This document shows, piece by piece, positions 49,561 to 58,866 of a stretch of DNA of 64,000 nucleotides (its first letter is position 1; each line of letters opens with the position of its first letter). The stretch spans positions 3,026 through 67,025 of the forward strand of contig JALWLO010000025.1 in assembly GCA_027084135.1 (NCBI GenBank). The letters run 5' to 3'. The notes beneath the pieces were generated by a model. The model ran no database searches, was not told the origin of the DNA, and saw only the letters and a program-made list of their open reading frames with translations. Position numbers and translations under genes: made by a program. The stretch is from Campylobacterales bacterium (GTDB lineage: Bacteria; Campylobacterota; Campylobacteria; Campylobacterales; QNZT01).

Positions 49561-49603
49561 TAATTTTAAAAATTATAACAAAAAAAGGTTAAGTTAACTA
49601 TTG

Positions 49604-51508
49604 TTATTTTAAATAATTAAGCAAAGTCAATGAATTGACTTTCGCGATCGTACTCATCATCGCTTGATAGGCAAGCGAGACTTGCTGAAATTTGATAGCC
49701 ACTTCAGCGACATCCGCATCTGCAACTTTTGATTTGAACTCCTTCATATTGACCTCAAGTGTCTGTGCTCTATCGTGGATATTTTGGAGGTTATTTGAGA
49801 GAGAACCGACCTTTGAGAGTTGATCACCCAAGTGATTAAATAGATTGTCTATTTTTGAGAGTGCATTTGCAACACCAATATTTTTCGGGTCATTGCCGTT
49901 TTGATCCCCGACTCTCCTGTGCCCGCTCTTTAAAGCTTCGATAATCTCATCCAAATCCTTAAAAAGATTTACGCGATTATCTTCGTTGATGACCGATCGA
50001 TTGCTCATAAATTTCAAACTTCCGCTTTTGGAAAAATCATCGCTATCGATATCATAGAGAGCCAACTTCATCTTCGTACTGTTTTTAGATAGATTATTCG
50101 CCTCTAAAAGACCATCTTCATTCACCCTCACCGAGACGATTCCTTTCGCTTTGGTGATGGCACTATCGATATCCTCTTTCGTGTTCGATGTCGGAGTCTC
50201 CCCTGAGAGTGCCAAAGATATGATTCCCGATAGCTGCCCAAAAGTAAAGGCATCCGCTTTCGTACTTATAGCTTGATTGGTTGTCGGATCAACCGAAGCA
50301 TCCGTAATATCGAAAGTTTGTCCGTCGAGGGTAAATGTTGAATTGTCTGAGAGATCTATCGTAACACTTCTGCTATTTCCGTTAATATCGACTAGATCCA
50401 TCTTAAAGCGCTTCCCGTCAAGTGAAGCGTGTGCACTCTCACTAAGTGTCGTCGAAGCACTTGCGAAACCATCTTTTGAAAAGAGAGGCATATTGCCGAC
50501 TAGTTTGTAACCATCACTTTGAAAATATGCGGAGTCATCTATACCGTTTACTGCAAACTCGGCACTACTTTTGTTAAACGCAAACTTCTGTGTCAATTGT
50601 GATGTTTTGGTCACATTTTCCGTAGAAGCCACCATTTGAAAATCTAAACTACTTCTACCCTTTAGTTGATCCTTTATCACAATCGTTGCATCACTGCTTA
50701 AAGAGACCTCTACCCCTTCACCGAAAGCATCCGATATCTTCCCTATCAAATCTGATACCTTATCGCTTGCATTGAGCGCTATCTTTGTTTTAAAGTTCTC
50801 CCCGTTATGTCTTGTCCCATCTATATAGAAGTAGTTAGTACCGCTCTCTCCGGTGAGATCCTCTATACTATCTTCAAGCGTTATGGCTCTATTTGTACCC
50901 GCATCAGCCAGATTTTGACTGAGAAGTTTGACATTTGTACTGATAGTCTTTTTAACATCATCTCTAAGACCAAAGGCGATATCACTGCCGGGAATACTGT
51001 AAGGCGTTCTATTGGCTCTATCGATTGCGACTTCCAACGCACTCTCTGAAGCTTGGTATTCACCCTTTTCATTAAAGGGTTTTACATTGACCGCACTTCC
51101 CGCAAAGATATATTCACCATTTGCCGTGGAGTTTAAGAGTCTTAAGATGCTATCTTTTTGATTTTCGATATCAATAGCTATAGATTTTAATCCCTCATCA
51201 TTGACAGTCTCATTGCTCGCTTGAAGCACTCTATTTCTGATACTCTTAATCAAATCCAAGGCTGAAGATAGGGCACCATCGCTACTATCGGTTAAAACTT
51301 TTGCCTTTTGTGCCCTATCTTGTATAGATCTATAGGAGTTGATCTCACTATCAAGTCTTAAAGTCTGCTCGTAGATATAACTATTCTCATAGGAGTGTGC
51401 AATCTTCTTGCCTGAAGAGAGTGTTGCCGTAAGAGAGTTAATCTCATTTTTTGCCGACTTTTGGTCACTGATAAAGTTGCTATATATGCTGCTTTGTAAT
51501 ACTCTCAT
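49604..51508 (-). CDS. flgL: Flagellar hook-associated protein 3 (FlgL, flagellin-fold family)
   Basis: 634 aa. Conserved flagellin-type N-terminus (MRVLQSSIYSNF...LSSGKKI) and C-terminus (QVSLAYQAMMSTIAKVNSLTLLNYL), with a long variable middle. Confidence 0.78.
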   Translation of the reverse strand: MRVLQSSIYSNFISDQKSAKNEINSLTATLSSGKKIAHSYENSYIYEQTLRLDSEINSYRSIQDRAQKAKVLTDSSDGALSSALDLIKSIRNRVLQASNETVNDEGLKSIAIDIENQKDSILRLLNSTANGEYIFAGSAVNVKPFNEKGEYQASESALEVAIDRANRTPYSIPGSDIAFGLRDDVKKTISTNVKLLSQNLADAGTNRAITLEDSIEDLTGESGTNYFYIDGTRHNGENFKTKIALNASDKVSDLIGKISDAFGEGVEVSLSSDATIVIKDQLKGRSSLDFQMVASTENVTKTSQLTQKFAFNKSSAEFAVNGIDDSAYFQSDGYKLVGNMPLFSKDGFASASTTLSESAHASLDGKRFKMDLVDINGNSRSVTIDLSDNSTFTLDGQTFDITDASVDPTTNQAISTKADAFTFGQLSGIISLALSGETPTSNTKEDIDSAITKAKGIVSVRVNEDGLLEANNLSKNSTKMKLALYDIDSDDFSKSGSLKFMSNRSVINEDNRVNLFKDLDEIIEALKSGHRRVGDQNGNDPKNIGVANALSKIDNLFNHLGDQLSKVGSLSNNLQNIHDRAQTLEVNMKEFKSKVADADVAEVAIKFQQVSLAYQAMMSTIAKVNSLTLLNYLK

Positions 51509-51667
51509 CTATCTCTCCTAATTGCTATATCCTACTCTTTAGATCGGTAAAAAGCCCAAAAAATGCACTTTTTTCAAAGAAAATTAGACTAATTGTTTTT
51601 TATTTAAGCAAAAAAGTGTATTATTTTCACTTCTTGAAGAAAAAAATTACAAAGAGAGGAAACAACT

Positions 51668-51946
51668 ATGAAAAAAGCGGAATTTATCGATGCGGTTGCA
51701 AAGAAGACAGGTTTATCAAAAAAAGATACCGCAGCTGCATTAGAGGCTATGCTTGATACAATTACAGAGGTATTGAAGAAAAAAGATAGCATCAGTTTTA
51801 TAGGATTTGGTACCTTTTCAACAACAGAGAGATCTGCAAGAAGTGCAAGAGTTCCAGGAACGGATAAAGTAGTAAAAGTACCTGCTACTACAGCGGTAAA
51901 ATTTAAAGTCGGTAAAAAACTTAAAGACGAAGTTGCCGGAAAATAG
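51668..51946 (+). CDS. hup: Nucleoid-associated DNA-binding protein HU
   Basis: 92 aa. MKKAEFIDAVAKKTGLSKKDT...FIGFGTFSTTERSARSARVPGT is the canonical HU/IHF fold. GAGAGGAAA SD. Confidence 0.93.
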   Translation: MKKAEFIDAVAKKTGLSKKDTAAALEAMLDTITEVLKKKDSISFIGFGTFSTTERSARSARVPGTDKVVKVPATTAVKFKVGKKLKDEVAGK

Positions 51947-51964
51947 TTACTCTTATCTAGATTC

Positions 51965-51989
51965 AAAAAGGGGTCAACTCCCCTTTTTT
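51965..51989 (+). terminator. Rho-independent terminator of hup
   Basis: AAAAAGGGG-TCAACT-CCCCTTTTTT: GC-cored stem plus a T6 tract, 19 nt after the hup stop. Confidence 0.8.
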
Positions 51990-51994
51990 CTTAA

Positions 51995-52081
51995 GCCGGG
52001 GTGGTGAAATTGGTAGACACGTCGGATTCAAAATCCGATGGCAGCAATGCCGTGCCGGTTCGAGTCCGGCCCTCGGTACCA
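51995..52081 (+). tRNA. tRNA-Leu (anticodon CAA), class II with long variable arm, CCA encoded
   Basis: GCCGGGG / D-arm GTG-AAATTGGTAGA-CAC / anticodon stem TCGGA-TTCAAAA-TCCGA / variable arm GGCAGCAATGCC / T-arm GCCGG-TTCGAGT-CCGGC / CCTCGGT-A-CCA. Confidence 0.9.
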
Positions 52082-52099
52082 CTACAATAAGGCTTTCAC

Positions 52100-54760
52100 T
52101 TGAAAACAATTACTGTGATTGATACATTTGGGTTCTTTTTCAGAAACTACTATGCACTTCCACACCTCAAAAGCAAAAAAGGCTTTCCCACTGGACTTTT
52201 GACAGGATTTATCAACTTCATAGGTTCGCTAAACAAGGAGTATAACACCGACTATATTCTATTTGCACTCGACTCCAAAGAGAAAAACCTAAGAAAAGAG
52301 ATCGACCCTAACTATAAAGCCAATAGACCTGAACCGCCTGAAGAGTTGAAAGAGCAACTTCCCGTCGCTGTTGAGTGGATCAAGAAGATGGGCTTTAAAG
52401 AGTTAAGTATCGACGGATATGAGGCCGATGATATCATCGCCTCTATCGTAAAACTTGCCAAGAAGAGAGGTATCCGAGTCAATATCGTCTCTCACGACAA
52501 GGATCTCTATCAACTCATAGATGATAAAAAGAGTGTCATATTTGATCCGATGAAGAAGAGATTTATCGATGAGGAGGGATGCAAAGAGAAGTTTGGAGTT
52601 GAGCCTAAGCAGATCGTTGACTATTTAGCGCTAGTGGGTGATAGCTCAGATAATATCCCAGGGGTCAAAGGGATAGGTCCAAAGGGTGCGGTCAAGCTTC
52701 TCAAAGCATTCGGTACACTTGAAAATATCTATAACAATCTTGATAAGATTGACAACCCAAGAACAAAGAAGCTACTTATTGAGGGTAAAGAGCGGGCATT
52801 TTTGAGTAAAAAGCTGGCTACTTTGCATGATGACCTCCTCGATGATGAGGATTTTGAGAAGTTTAAGTTTCCATCCAATAATCCCATTTTACAAATTGCC
52901 GATGAGTTGATCGATCTTGATATGAACGCTATCTTAAGAAGGGCGGGTGCAAGCTATGAGAAAAACAGGATAAGCTGCGAGGCAAATAGCAGCTTCACAC
53001 CTAATCTTATCGATAATGAAGATGAGCTATTTAAAATCATTGAAAGCATAGAAAGCGGTAGGGTTGTAGCCTTTGATACCGAAACCACCTCCCTCAATCC
53101 TCTAAGAGCGAAGATTGTCGGCTTCTCTTTCAGTTTTGACGAGAGTAGCGCTTACTATGTGCCGATAGCCCATAGTTATCTTGGGGTTGGGGATCAGATT
53201 AGTTTAAAAAGCGCCCAAGATGCGATAGAGAGACTCTTTAACGATTTTAAAATCGTAGGGCAAAATCTAAAATATGATCTCTTGGTACTAAAGAGAAATT
53301 TTGGACTCTACAGACCGCCGATAGTTGCCGATACGATGATCATCTCTTGGTTACTTGACTCATCCCTTAGTAGCGGACTTGACAATATGGCAAAGAGATA
53401 CTTCAACTATGATATGGTGAAATTCAAGGATGTCGTCAAAAAAGGGGAAAACTTTGCTACTGTTGAACTAAGTGAAGCGTGTAGATATGCAAGCGAAGAT
53501 GCATGGATGACACTCAAACTCTACAACTTTCTAAAAGATAAGCTCGACGCCACACTCGCAAAAGAGGCAAAAGAGGTGGAGTATCCCTTTATCTACACAC
53601 TGATGGATATGGAGGAGTGCGGGATCAAGATAGATACCGACTTCTTCTCCAAGCTCTTAGCCAAAGCAAACGATAAATTGGCAAATCTTACCACTAAAAT
53701 CTATGAGCTAGCCGGCACAGAGTTCAATATCAACTCGACCCAACAACTAGGCTCCATACTCTTTGAGAAGTTGAACCTTCCCAAAGGGAAAAAGACAAAA
53801 ACGGGCTACTCTACAAATGAGAGCGTTCTCAACTCTCTAAAAGAGGCACACCCTATCATCCCGCTACTCCTTGAGTATCGAGAGGTTTACAAACTCAAAT
53901 CCACCTATATCGAGCCGCTCATGAAACTGGCATTTGAGGAGGATGATTTTAGAGTGCATACCTCATTTTTACAAACCGGAACAACTACCGGCAGACTGAG
54001 CTCGAAAAATCCAAACCTCCAAAATATTCCGGTTCGAACAGAGCTTGGGCGGGAGATAAGAGAGGGTTTTGTGGCTGAAGAGGGTAAAAAACTCATCTCT
54101 ATCGACTACTCTCAAATAGAGTTGAGGCTTCTTGCTCACTTTTCACAAGATAGCTCTTTATTAAAGGCGTTTAGAGAGGATAAAGATATACATTTAGAAA
54201 CCGCTATAAAGCTTTTCGGTGAAGCGGAGGCGAAAGAGAAGAGAAATATCGCAAAGAGTATCAACTTCGGACTCCTATACGGTATGGGTTCAAGAAAACT
54301 GGCTCAAACGCTGGGGATCTCAACCAAACTTGCAAAAGAGTATATTCAAAACTACTTTTCCTCATTTCCGACTGTAAAAAACTATCTCGAAGAGATCAAA
54401 GAGCGTGCAAAACGGGATAATGAGATACGAACCCTACTTGGCAGAAGGCGGGTCTTTGACTATACAAGAGCGAGTGCATTTGAGAAGGCTTCATTTGAGA
54501 GAGAGAGCGTCAACACCCTCTTTCAAGGATCAGCCGCTGATATCATCAAACTTGCGATGAATAAGATCGATGCATCACTACTGGATGAAAACGCAAAGAT
54601 GCTCTTGCAGATACACGATGAGTTGATATTTGAAGTGGTTGAAGATAAGGCTGAGGAGTTTGCCAATCAAGCGAAAGATTTGATGGAGCATATCTATAAA
54701 CTAAATGTTCCTCTAAAGTGCTCTGTTTCGATCGGTAACAATTGGGGTGAATTAAAGTAA
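52100..54760 (+). CDS. polA: DNA polymerase I
   Basis: 886 aa, TTG start with AAGG SD. 5'-nuclease domain, 3'-5' exo-like domain (AFDTETTSL), and polymerase motifs DYSQIELR and QIHDELIFE. Confidence 0.97.
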   Translation: MKTITVIDTFGFFFRNYYALPHLKSKKGFPTGLLTGFINFIGSLNKEYNTDYILFALDSKEKNLRKEIDPNYKANRPEPPEELKEQLPVAVEWIKKMGFKELSIDGYEADDIIASIVKLAKKRGIRVNIVSHDKDLYQLIDDKKSVIFDPMKKRFIDEEGCKEKFGVEPKQIVDYLALVGDSSDNIPGVKGIGPKGAVKLLKAFGTLENIYNNLDKIDNPRTKKLLIEGKERAFLSKKLATLHDDLLDDEDFEKFKFPSNNPILQIADELIDLDMNAILRRAGASYEKNRISCEANSSFTPNLIDNEDELFKIIESIESGRVVAFDTETTSLNPLRAKIVGFSFSFDESSAYYVPIAHSYLGVGDQISLKSAQDAIERLFNDFKIVGQNLKYDLLVLKRNFGLYRPPIVADTMIISWLLDSSLSSGLDNMAKRYFNYDMVKFKDVVKKGENFATVELSEACRYASEDAWMTLKLYNFLKDKLDATLAKEAKEVEYPFIYTLMDMEECGIKIDTDFFSKLLAKANDKLANLTTKIYELAGTEFNINSTQQLGSILFEKLNLPKGKKTKTGYSTNESVLNSLKEAHPIIPLLLEYREVYKLKSTYIEPLMKLAFEEDDFRVHTSFLQTGTTTGRLSSKNPNLQNIPVRTELGREIREGFVAEEGKKLISIDYSQIELRLLAHFSQDSSLLKAFREDKDIHLETAIKLFGEAEAKEKRNIAKSINFGLLYGMGSRKLAQTLGISTKLAKEYIQNYFSSFPTVKNYLEEIKERAKRDNEIRTLLGRRRVFDYTRASAFEKASFERESVNTLFQGSAADIIKLAMNKIDASLLDENAKMLLQIHDELIFEVVEDKAEEFANQAKDLMEHIYKLNVPLKCSVSIGNNWGELK

Positions 54761-54777
54761 GAGAGGTAATTATTTCA

Positions 54778-54826
54778 TTAAAGTGTTAAGTAACACTTGA
54801 CACTTTAAGACAAAATCTGCTATACT
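54778..54826 (+). promoter_or_regulatory. Promoter with nested dyad operators upstream of the MerR-family gene
   Basis: TTGACA (54797-54802), 18-nt spacer, TATACT (54821-54826). Dyad 1 is AAGTGTTA-AG-TAACACTT (54781-54798). Dyad 2 is TTAAAGTGT (54778-54786) / ACACTTTAA (54800-54808). Confidence 0.5.
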
Positions 54827-54853
54827 TCTGATATCAAAACAGAAGGATACCCC

Positions 54854-55414
54854 ATGTCTCTTAAAATGTCAGAAGTTGTCAAAATGACAAATGTGAGTAA
54901 ATCAACGATCCTCTACTATGTCAAAGAGGGTTTGCTTCCTGAGCCAGATAAACCTAAAACAAATCTGCATCTCTATGATGAGAGTGTAATCCCTAGAATA
55001 GAGTTTATCAAGTTCCTCCAACACAATCTTCACTACTCTATAAGTGAGATTAAGCAGATACTCGAGGATCATAGTCTCGACTTTCACTCCGGAAGTAGTG
55101 AGATCATAAACTATCTCACCGCATTAAATAGCTCCCATATGAGTAGTAGCGTCAGCGAGATAAAGGTAAGAGCCAAAGCACTTGGACTTGATATGAAACT
55201 CTTTGAGGAGTATGAGAGAGAGGCAAAAAAGATTGCACAAATCGAATATGAATACTTTGCTAAACTCCTAGATGAGAGTAAAAACAATAGCGATAACAAA
55301 CTCCATAAACTGATATTTGAGATTTTACTCTCAGTCAAACCCTACATCTATAACCAAGCGACTATCAATGAGCACAAAAGAAGAGTCAAAGTGAATAAAA
55401 AGGATGAGAGATGA
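54854..55414 (+). CDS. MerR-family transcriptional regulator
   Basis: 186 aa. N-terminal winged HTH (MSEVVKMTNVSKSTILYYVKEGLLPEP) followed by a coiled-coil/effector region. 4-nt overlap with the downstream fusion gene. Confidence 0.85.
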   Translation: MSLKMSEVVKMTNVSKSTILYYVKEGLLPEPDKPKTNLHLYDESVIPRIEFIKFLQHNLHYSISEIKQILEDHSLDFHSGSSEIINYLTALNSSHMSSSVSEIKVRAKALGLDMKLFEEYEREAKKIAQIEYEYFAKLLDESKNNSDNKLHKLIFEILLSVKPYIYNQATINEHKRRVKVNKKDER

Positions 55415-58400
55415 TAAGTTTAAAAAGATATCGTGACATTTTCCCCTATATTGTTGTTGTATTTTTAAATGCAATCGTTGATCTGGGGGATAAAATACTT
55501 CTTCAAAATACTATCTTTAAGGTGTATGAGGGTTCGACACAGATAGTACTAACGGCATTTGTGAATATGCTTATCATTCTACCGGGGATTCTCTTTTTTA
55601 CCCCTTCCGGTGTGATTAGCGATAGATACCCCAAAACAAAGGTGCTCTTTGAGTCCTCTAAAGTAGCTTTAGTACTAACGATATTGACTTCACTTAGCTA
55701 CTTCTTCGGACTCTTTAAGGTAGCGCTTTTCTTAACATTTCTGCTTGCCACGCAAAGCGCCTTCTTCTTTCCGGCAAAGTATGCACTGATAAAAGAGCTT
55801 TTTGGAAAAGATAGATTGCCCGAAGGAAACGGTATCGTTCAAGCCGTAACGATCATAGCCATACTACTTAGTTCTCTGCTCTTTTCCATACTCTTTGAAA
55901 AGGCGGTTACCGGAAGTGAGCGGAGTGCTTCAGAGATACTCACGCATATCGCGCCCATCACCCTGCTGTTGATCATAGCCGCCCTACTTCAAACCTATAT
56001 GGCTAAAAAGGTACCGGTTGTGGATGAGGGGGATAGGCGTTTAGAGATCAGTACCCAAAAACTCTTTAGTAAAGCCTATATCAAGAAAAATCTATCAATC
56101 GCATTCTCAAACCATGTTATTGCAGAATCGATCATCGGATTAGCACTATTTTACGGAATCGCTCAAGTCGTACTAGCGATATTTGGCGTCTATCTCAAAG
56201 ATGTTGCCAATGAGCATAACACCGTTGTAGCGCAGGGGATTATGGCGCTCTCAGGTGTCGGTATAGCGATAGGTGCCTTGCTGACGGCAAAATTTTCAAA
56301 AAACTATATCGAAACCGGGCTGATTCCGGTGGGAACATTGGGGATCGTCATCTCTCTCATCGGTATCACACACTCTCACAGCAGTTTCTATTTGGGTGTG
56401 TGGTTTTTACTCTTTGGTCTTTTTGGCGGATTTATCCTGGTAGTGCTCAATGCCATCATCCAATATCGAGCCAAAGAGCATGAGCTTGGAAGAGTGATGG
56501 CAACCAGCAATTTAGTACAAAATATCTCCATGACACTCTTTTTGCTACTAACCATTCTCGTCGCTTTTAAGCATATCGATACCGTGACCATCTTCAATAC
56601 GCTCATCGCCATCACAGTCGTATCACTCCTCTATACACTCATCACGCTTCCTCAATTTCTACTTAGATTTCTCTTTAAATTGATTGCACTCTCAAGATAT
56701 AGGCTGATGGTTGACGGCGTTGAGAATTTTCCAAAAGATGGTGCGGCTCTGCTACTTGGAAACCATGTAAGCTGGATCGATTGGATGGTTCTAGCTATCG
56801 CATCCCCTAGAAGAGTAAGCTTTGTGATCGAGAGAAATATCTACAATAGATGGTACCTAAAGCCTTTTTTCAAATTTTTTGGACTTATTCCCATCTCTTC
56901 CAGAGCCTCTAAAGATGCCTTCAAAGGTATCAGAGAGAAGTTAAATGAGGGCAAAATCGTCGCCCTCTTCCCAGAAGGTGCCATCACGAGAAACGGGCAT
57001 CTCGGTAAGTTCCAAAAGGGGTATGAGATTGCTCTAAAAGATATGGATGTTCCGATTATTCCCTTTTGTATCAGAGGATTATGGGGAAGTAGGTTTTCAT
57101 ACGCCAATGCTAAACATAAAGAGAATACCAAATATAGCGATAGAGTGGTCGGTGTCACTTTCGGCAAAGCTAAGCCATCAACGATAAAAGCGGAGGCGCT
57201 CAAGAGAGAGGTGGTAAAACTGCTCAATATCTCATGGGAAAAGTATGCCGATACCCTCAAACCGCTACCCAATAGCTGGATCAAAACGGCAAAAAGAAGA
57301 GGTGAAAAGTTTATGATAGCCGACGCGACCGGTACGAAACTTGGAGCAGGCAAATTTGTAGCTGTAGTAAAAACCTTTTCTGATAAGTTACAACAACTCA
57401 GCAGGAATGAGCAAAATATAGCGCTTATCATGCCGCCCTCTGTCGGAGGAACGATACTCAATATGGCAGTACTAATGCTTGGGAAAACGGTTGTCAATCT
57501 AAACTATACGGCAAATCAAACCGCTCTCCTAAGTGCAATTGAAAAGGCAAATATCAAAAAGATCTACACCTCCAAGCAGTTTATCACAAAACTCAAAGCC
57601 AGAGGTATAGACTTAACACCGATCTTAGAGAGTGTGGATACAATCTATGTAGAAGAGATTAAAAAGGAGATCAAAAAGAGTGATGTGCTCAAAAATTGGG
57701 CACTTTTTAAGTTATTGCCTAGATTTATCATAGAGCGGATCTGGATCAAAAGTGTCGATATTAACGATACAGCGGCAATTTTATTTAGTAGCGGTAGCGA
57801 AGGCACACCTAAGGGGATAGAGCTAACGCATCGAAACTTTATGGCAAATATCAAACAGTTTTGCCATGTACTTAACTTCCAAGATGATGATATAATGATG
57901 GCGACACTGCCGACATTTCATGTCTTTGGTCTCACCGTCTCCACCTTTGCCCCTCTCATCGAGGGAGTACCCTTTGTATGTCAGCCTGATCCTACCGATG
58001 CGGAGGGGGTAGGAAAACTTGTAGCGAAATATCGCGCTACCCTCATATTCGGCACCTCCACATTTTATAGGATCTATACCAAAAATAGAAAACTGATTCC
58101 ACTCATGTTTGAGTCGCTTAGATTTGCGGTAGCGGGCGCTGAAAAGCTATCGGATGATATAAGGGATGAGTTTAAAGCAAAATTTGGACTCGATATCTAT
58201 GAGGCATATGGTGCCACAGAGACAAGTCCCGGCATCAGTGCAAATATACCCGATAAACTTAATACAACTTATTGGAATCTTCAAATAGGTCACAAGAGAG
58301 GAAGTGTCGGTATGCCTTTCCCTGGAACGATCTGTAAAATCGTCGATCCAGATAGTATGGAAGAGTTGGAGATTGGTGAAGATGGGATGATTATTGTCAC

Positions 58401-58866
58401 CGGTCCTCAAGTGATGAAGGGGTATCTAGGTGACATGAAGAGGACAAAAGAGGTGATCGTGGAACTTGACGGACGAAGGTGGTATATTACGGGAGATAAA
58501 GGAAAGCTTGATAGCGACGGCTTCTTGACGATAGTCGATCGTTACTCAAGATTTGCAAAGATTGGGGGAGAGATGGTCTCTCTCGGTGCAGTCGAAGAGG
58601 AGATACGAAAGATCATCCCCAATGATATCGACATCATTGCGGCAAATACACCTGATACTAAGAAAGGAGAGAGAGTCGTACTACTCTTTTGCGGGGAGAT
58701 TGAAGCAGAGGAGTTAAAAGAGGTGATCAAAAACTCCTCACTCAATCCTTTGATGCAACCAAGCTCCTACTATAAAGTGGAGGAGATGCCCAAACTCGGA
58801 AGCGGAAAGAGTGATCTCAAATTAGCGAAAAAGATAGCGATGGAGTTGGAGGGATATAGTGGTTGA
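55411..58866 (+). CDS. aas: Triple-fusion lysophospholipid transporter (LplT-like MFS) / 2-acyl-GPE acyltransferase / acyl-ACP synthetase (Aas)
   Basis: 1151 aa. About 420 aa is a 12-TM MFS domain, then an HX4D acyltransferase (GNHVSWIDW, FPEGAITRNG), then an AMP-binding domain (LFSSGSEGTPKGIELTHRN, YGATETS, TGDKGKLDSDGFLTIVDR). Confidence 0.85.
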   Translation: MISLKRYRDIFPYIVVVFLNAIVDLGDKILLQNTIFKVYEGSTQIVLTAFVNMLIILPGILFFTPSGVISDRYPKTKVLFESSKVALVLTILTSLSYFFGLFKVALFLTFLLATQSAFFFPAKYALIKELFGKDRLPEGNGIVQAVTIIAILLSSLLFSILFEKAVTGSERSASEILTHIAPITLLLIIAALLQTYMAKKVPVVDEGDRRLEISTQKLFSKAYIKKNLSIAFSNHVIAESIIGLALFYGIAQVVLAIFGVYLKDVANEHNTVVAQGIMALSGVGIAIGALLTAKFSKNYIETGLIPVGTLGIVISLIGITHSHSSFYLGVWFLLFGLFGGFILVVLNAIIQYRAKEHELGRVMATSNLVQNISMTLFLLLTILVAFKHIDTVTIFNTLIAITVVSLLYTLITLPQFLLRFLFKLIALSRYRLMVDGVENFPKDGAALLLGNHVSWIDWMVLAIASPRRVSFVIERNIYNRWYLKPFFKFFGLIPISSRASKDAFKGIREKLNEGKIVALFPEGAITRNGHLGKFQKGYEIALKDMDVPIIPFCIRGLWGSRFSYANAKHKENTKYSDRVVGVTFGKAKPSTIKAEALKREVVKLLNISWEKYADTLKPLPNSWIKTAKRRGEKFMIADATGTKLGAGKFVAVVKTFSDKLQQLSRNEQNIALIMPPSVGGTILNMAVLMLGKTVVNLNYTANQTALLSAIEKANIKKIYTSKQFITKLKARGIDLTPILESVDTIYVEEIKKEIKKSDVLKNWALFKLLPRFIIERIWIKSVDINDTAAILFSSGSEGTPKGIELTHRNFMANIKQFCHVLNFQDDDIMMATLPTFHVFGLTVSTFAPLIEGVPFVCQPDPTDAEGVGKLVAKYRATLIFGTSTFYRIYTKNRKLIPLMFESLRFAVAGAEKLSDDIRDEFKAKFGLDIYEAYGATETSPGISANIPDKLNTTYWNLQIGHKRGSVGMPFPGTICKIVDPDSMEELEIGEDGMIIVTGPQVMKGYLGDMKRTKEVIVELDGRRWYITGDKGKLDSDGFLTIVDRYSRFAKIGGEMVSLGAVEEEIRKIIPNDIDIIAANTPDTKKGERVVLLFCGEIEAEELKEVIKNSSLNPLMQPSSYYKVEEMPKLGSGKSDLKLAKKIAMELEGYSG

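Noticed and set aside
49446-49592. A 48-codon ORF (MDIEVKPRRILHMRLHFPST...) on the plus strand inside the flgL-ftsK spacer.
   Set aside because: It has no Shine-Dalgarno sequence and runs opposite to both neighbours. The region is better explained by the symmetric hairpin architecture. The ORF is short enough to arise by chance.
51509-51600. A sigma28- or sigma54-type flagellar promoter upstream of flgL. The minus strand has CCGATCT and a GG...GC pair.
   Set aside because: CCGATCT lacks a matching TAAA -35 element at the right distance. The GG-N5-GC spacing does not fit the sigma54 GG-N10-GC rule. The evidence is insufficient to call either.
51995-52081. tRNA-Leu as a possible genomic-island integration site.
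   Set aside because: No integrase, direct repeat of the tRNA 3' end, or foreign-looking genes flank it. polA follows immediately.
56841-57497. Long antisense ORFs in the six-frame track. Examples: 218 aa at 56841-57497 inside aas, 171 aa at 37315-37830 inside sucC, 170 aa at 4806-5318 inside ilvB, 164 aa at 12424-12918 inside mog, 139 aa at 43774-44193 inside mscL, and 120 aa at 51604-51966 opposite hup.
   Set aside because: Each lies wholly antisense to a gene with clear family motifs. Their composition is low-complexity and Ser/Leu/Ile-rich, and they lack Shine-Dalgarno sequences. This fits stop-poor antisense frames rather than real genes.
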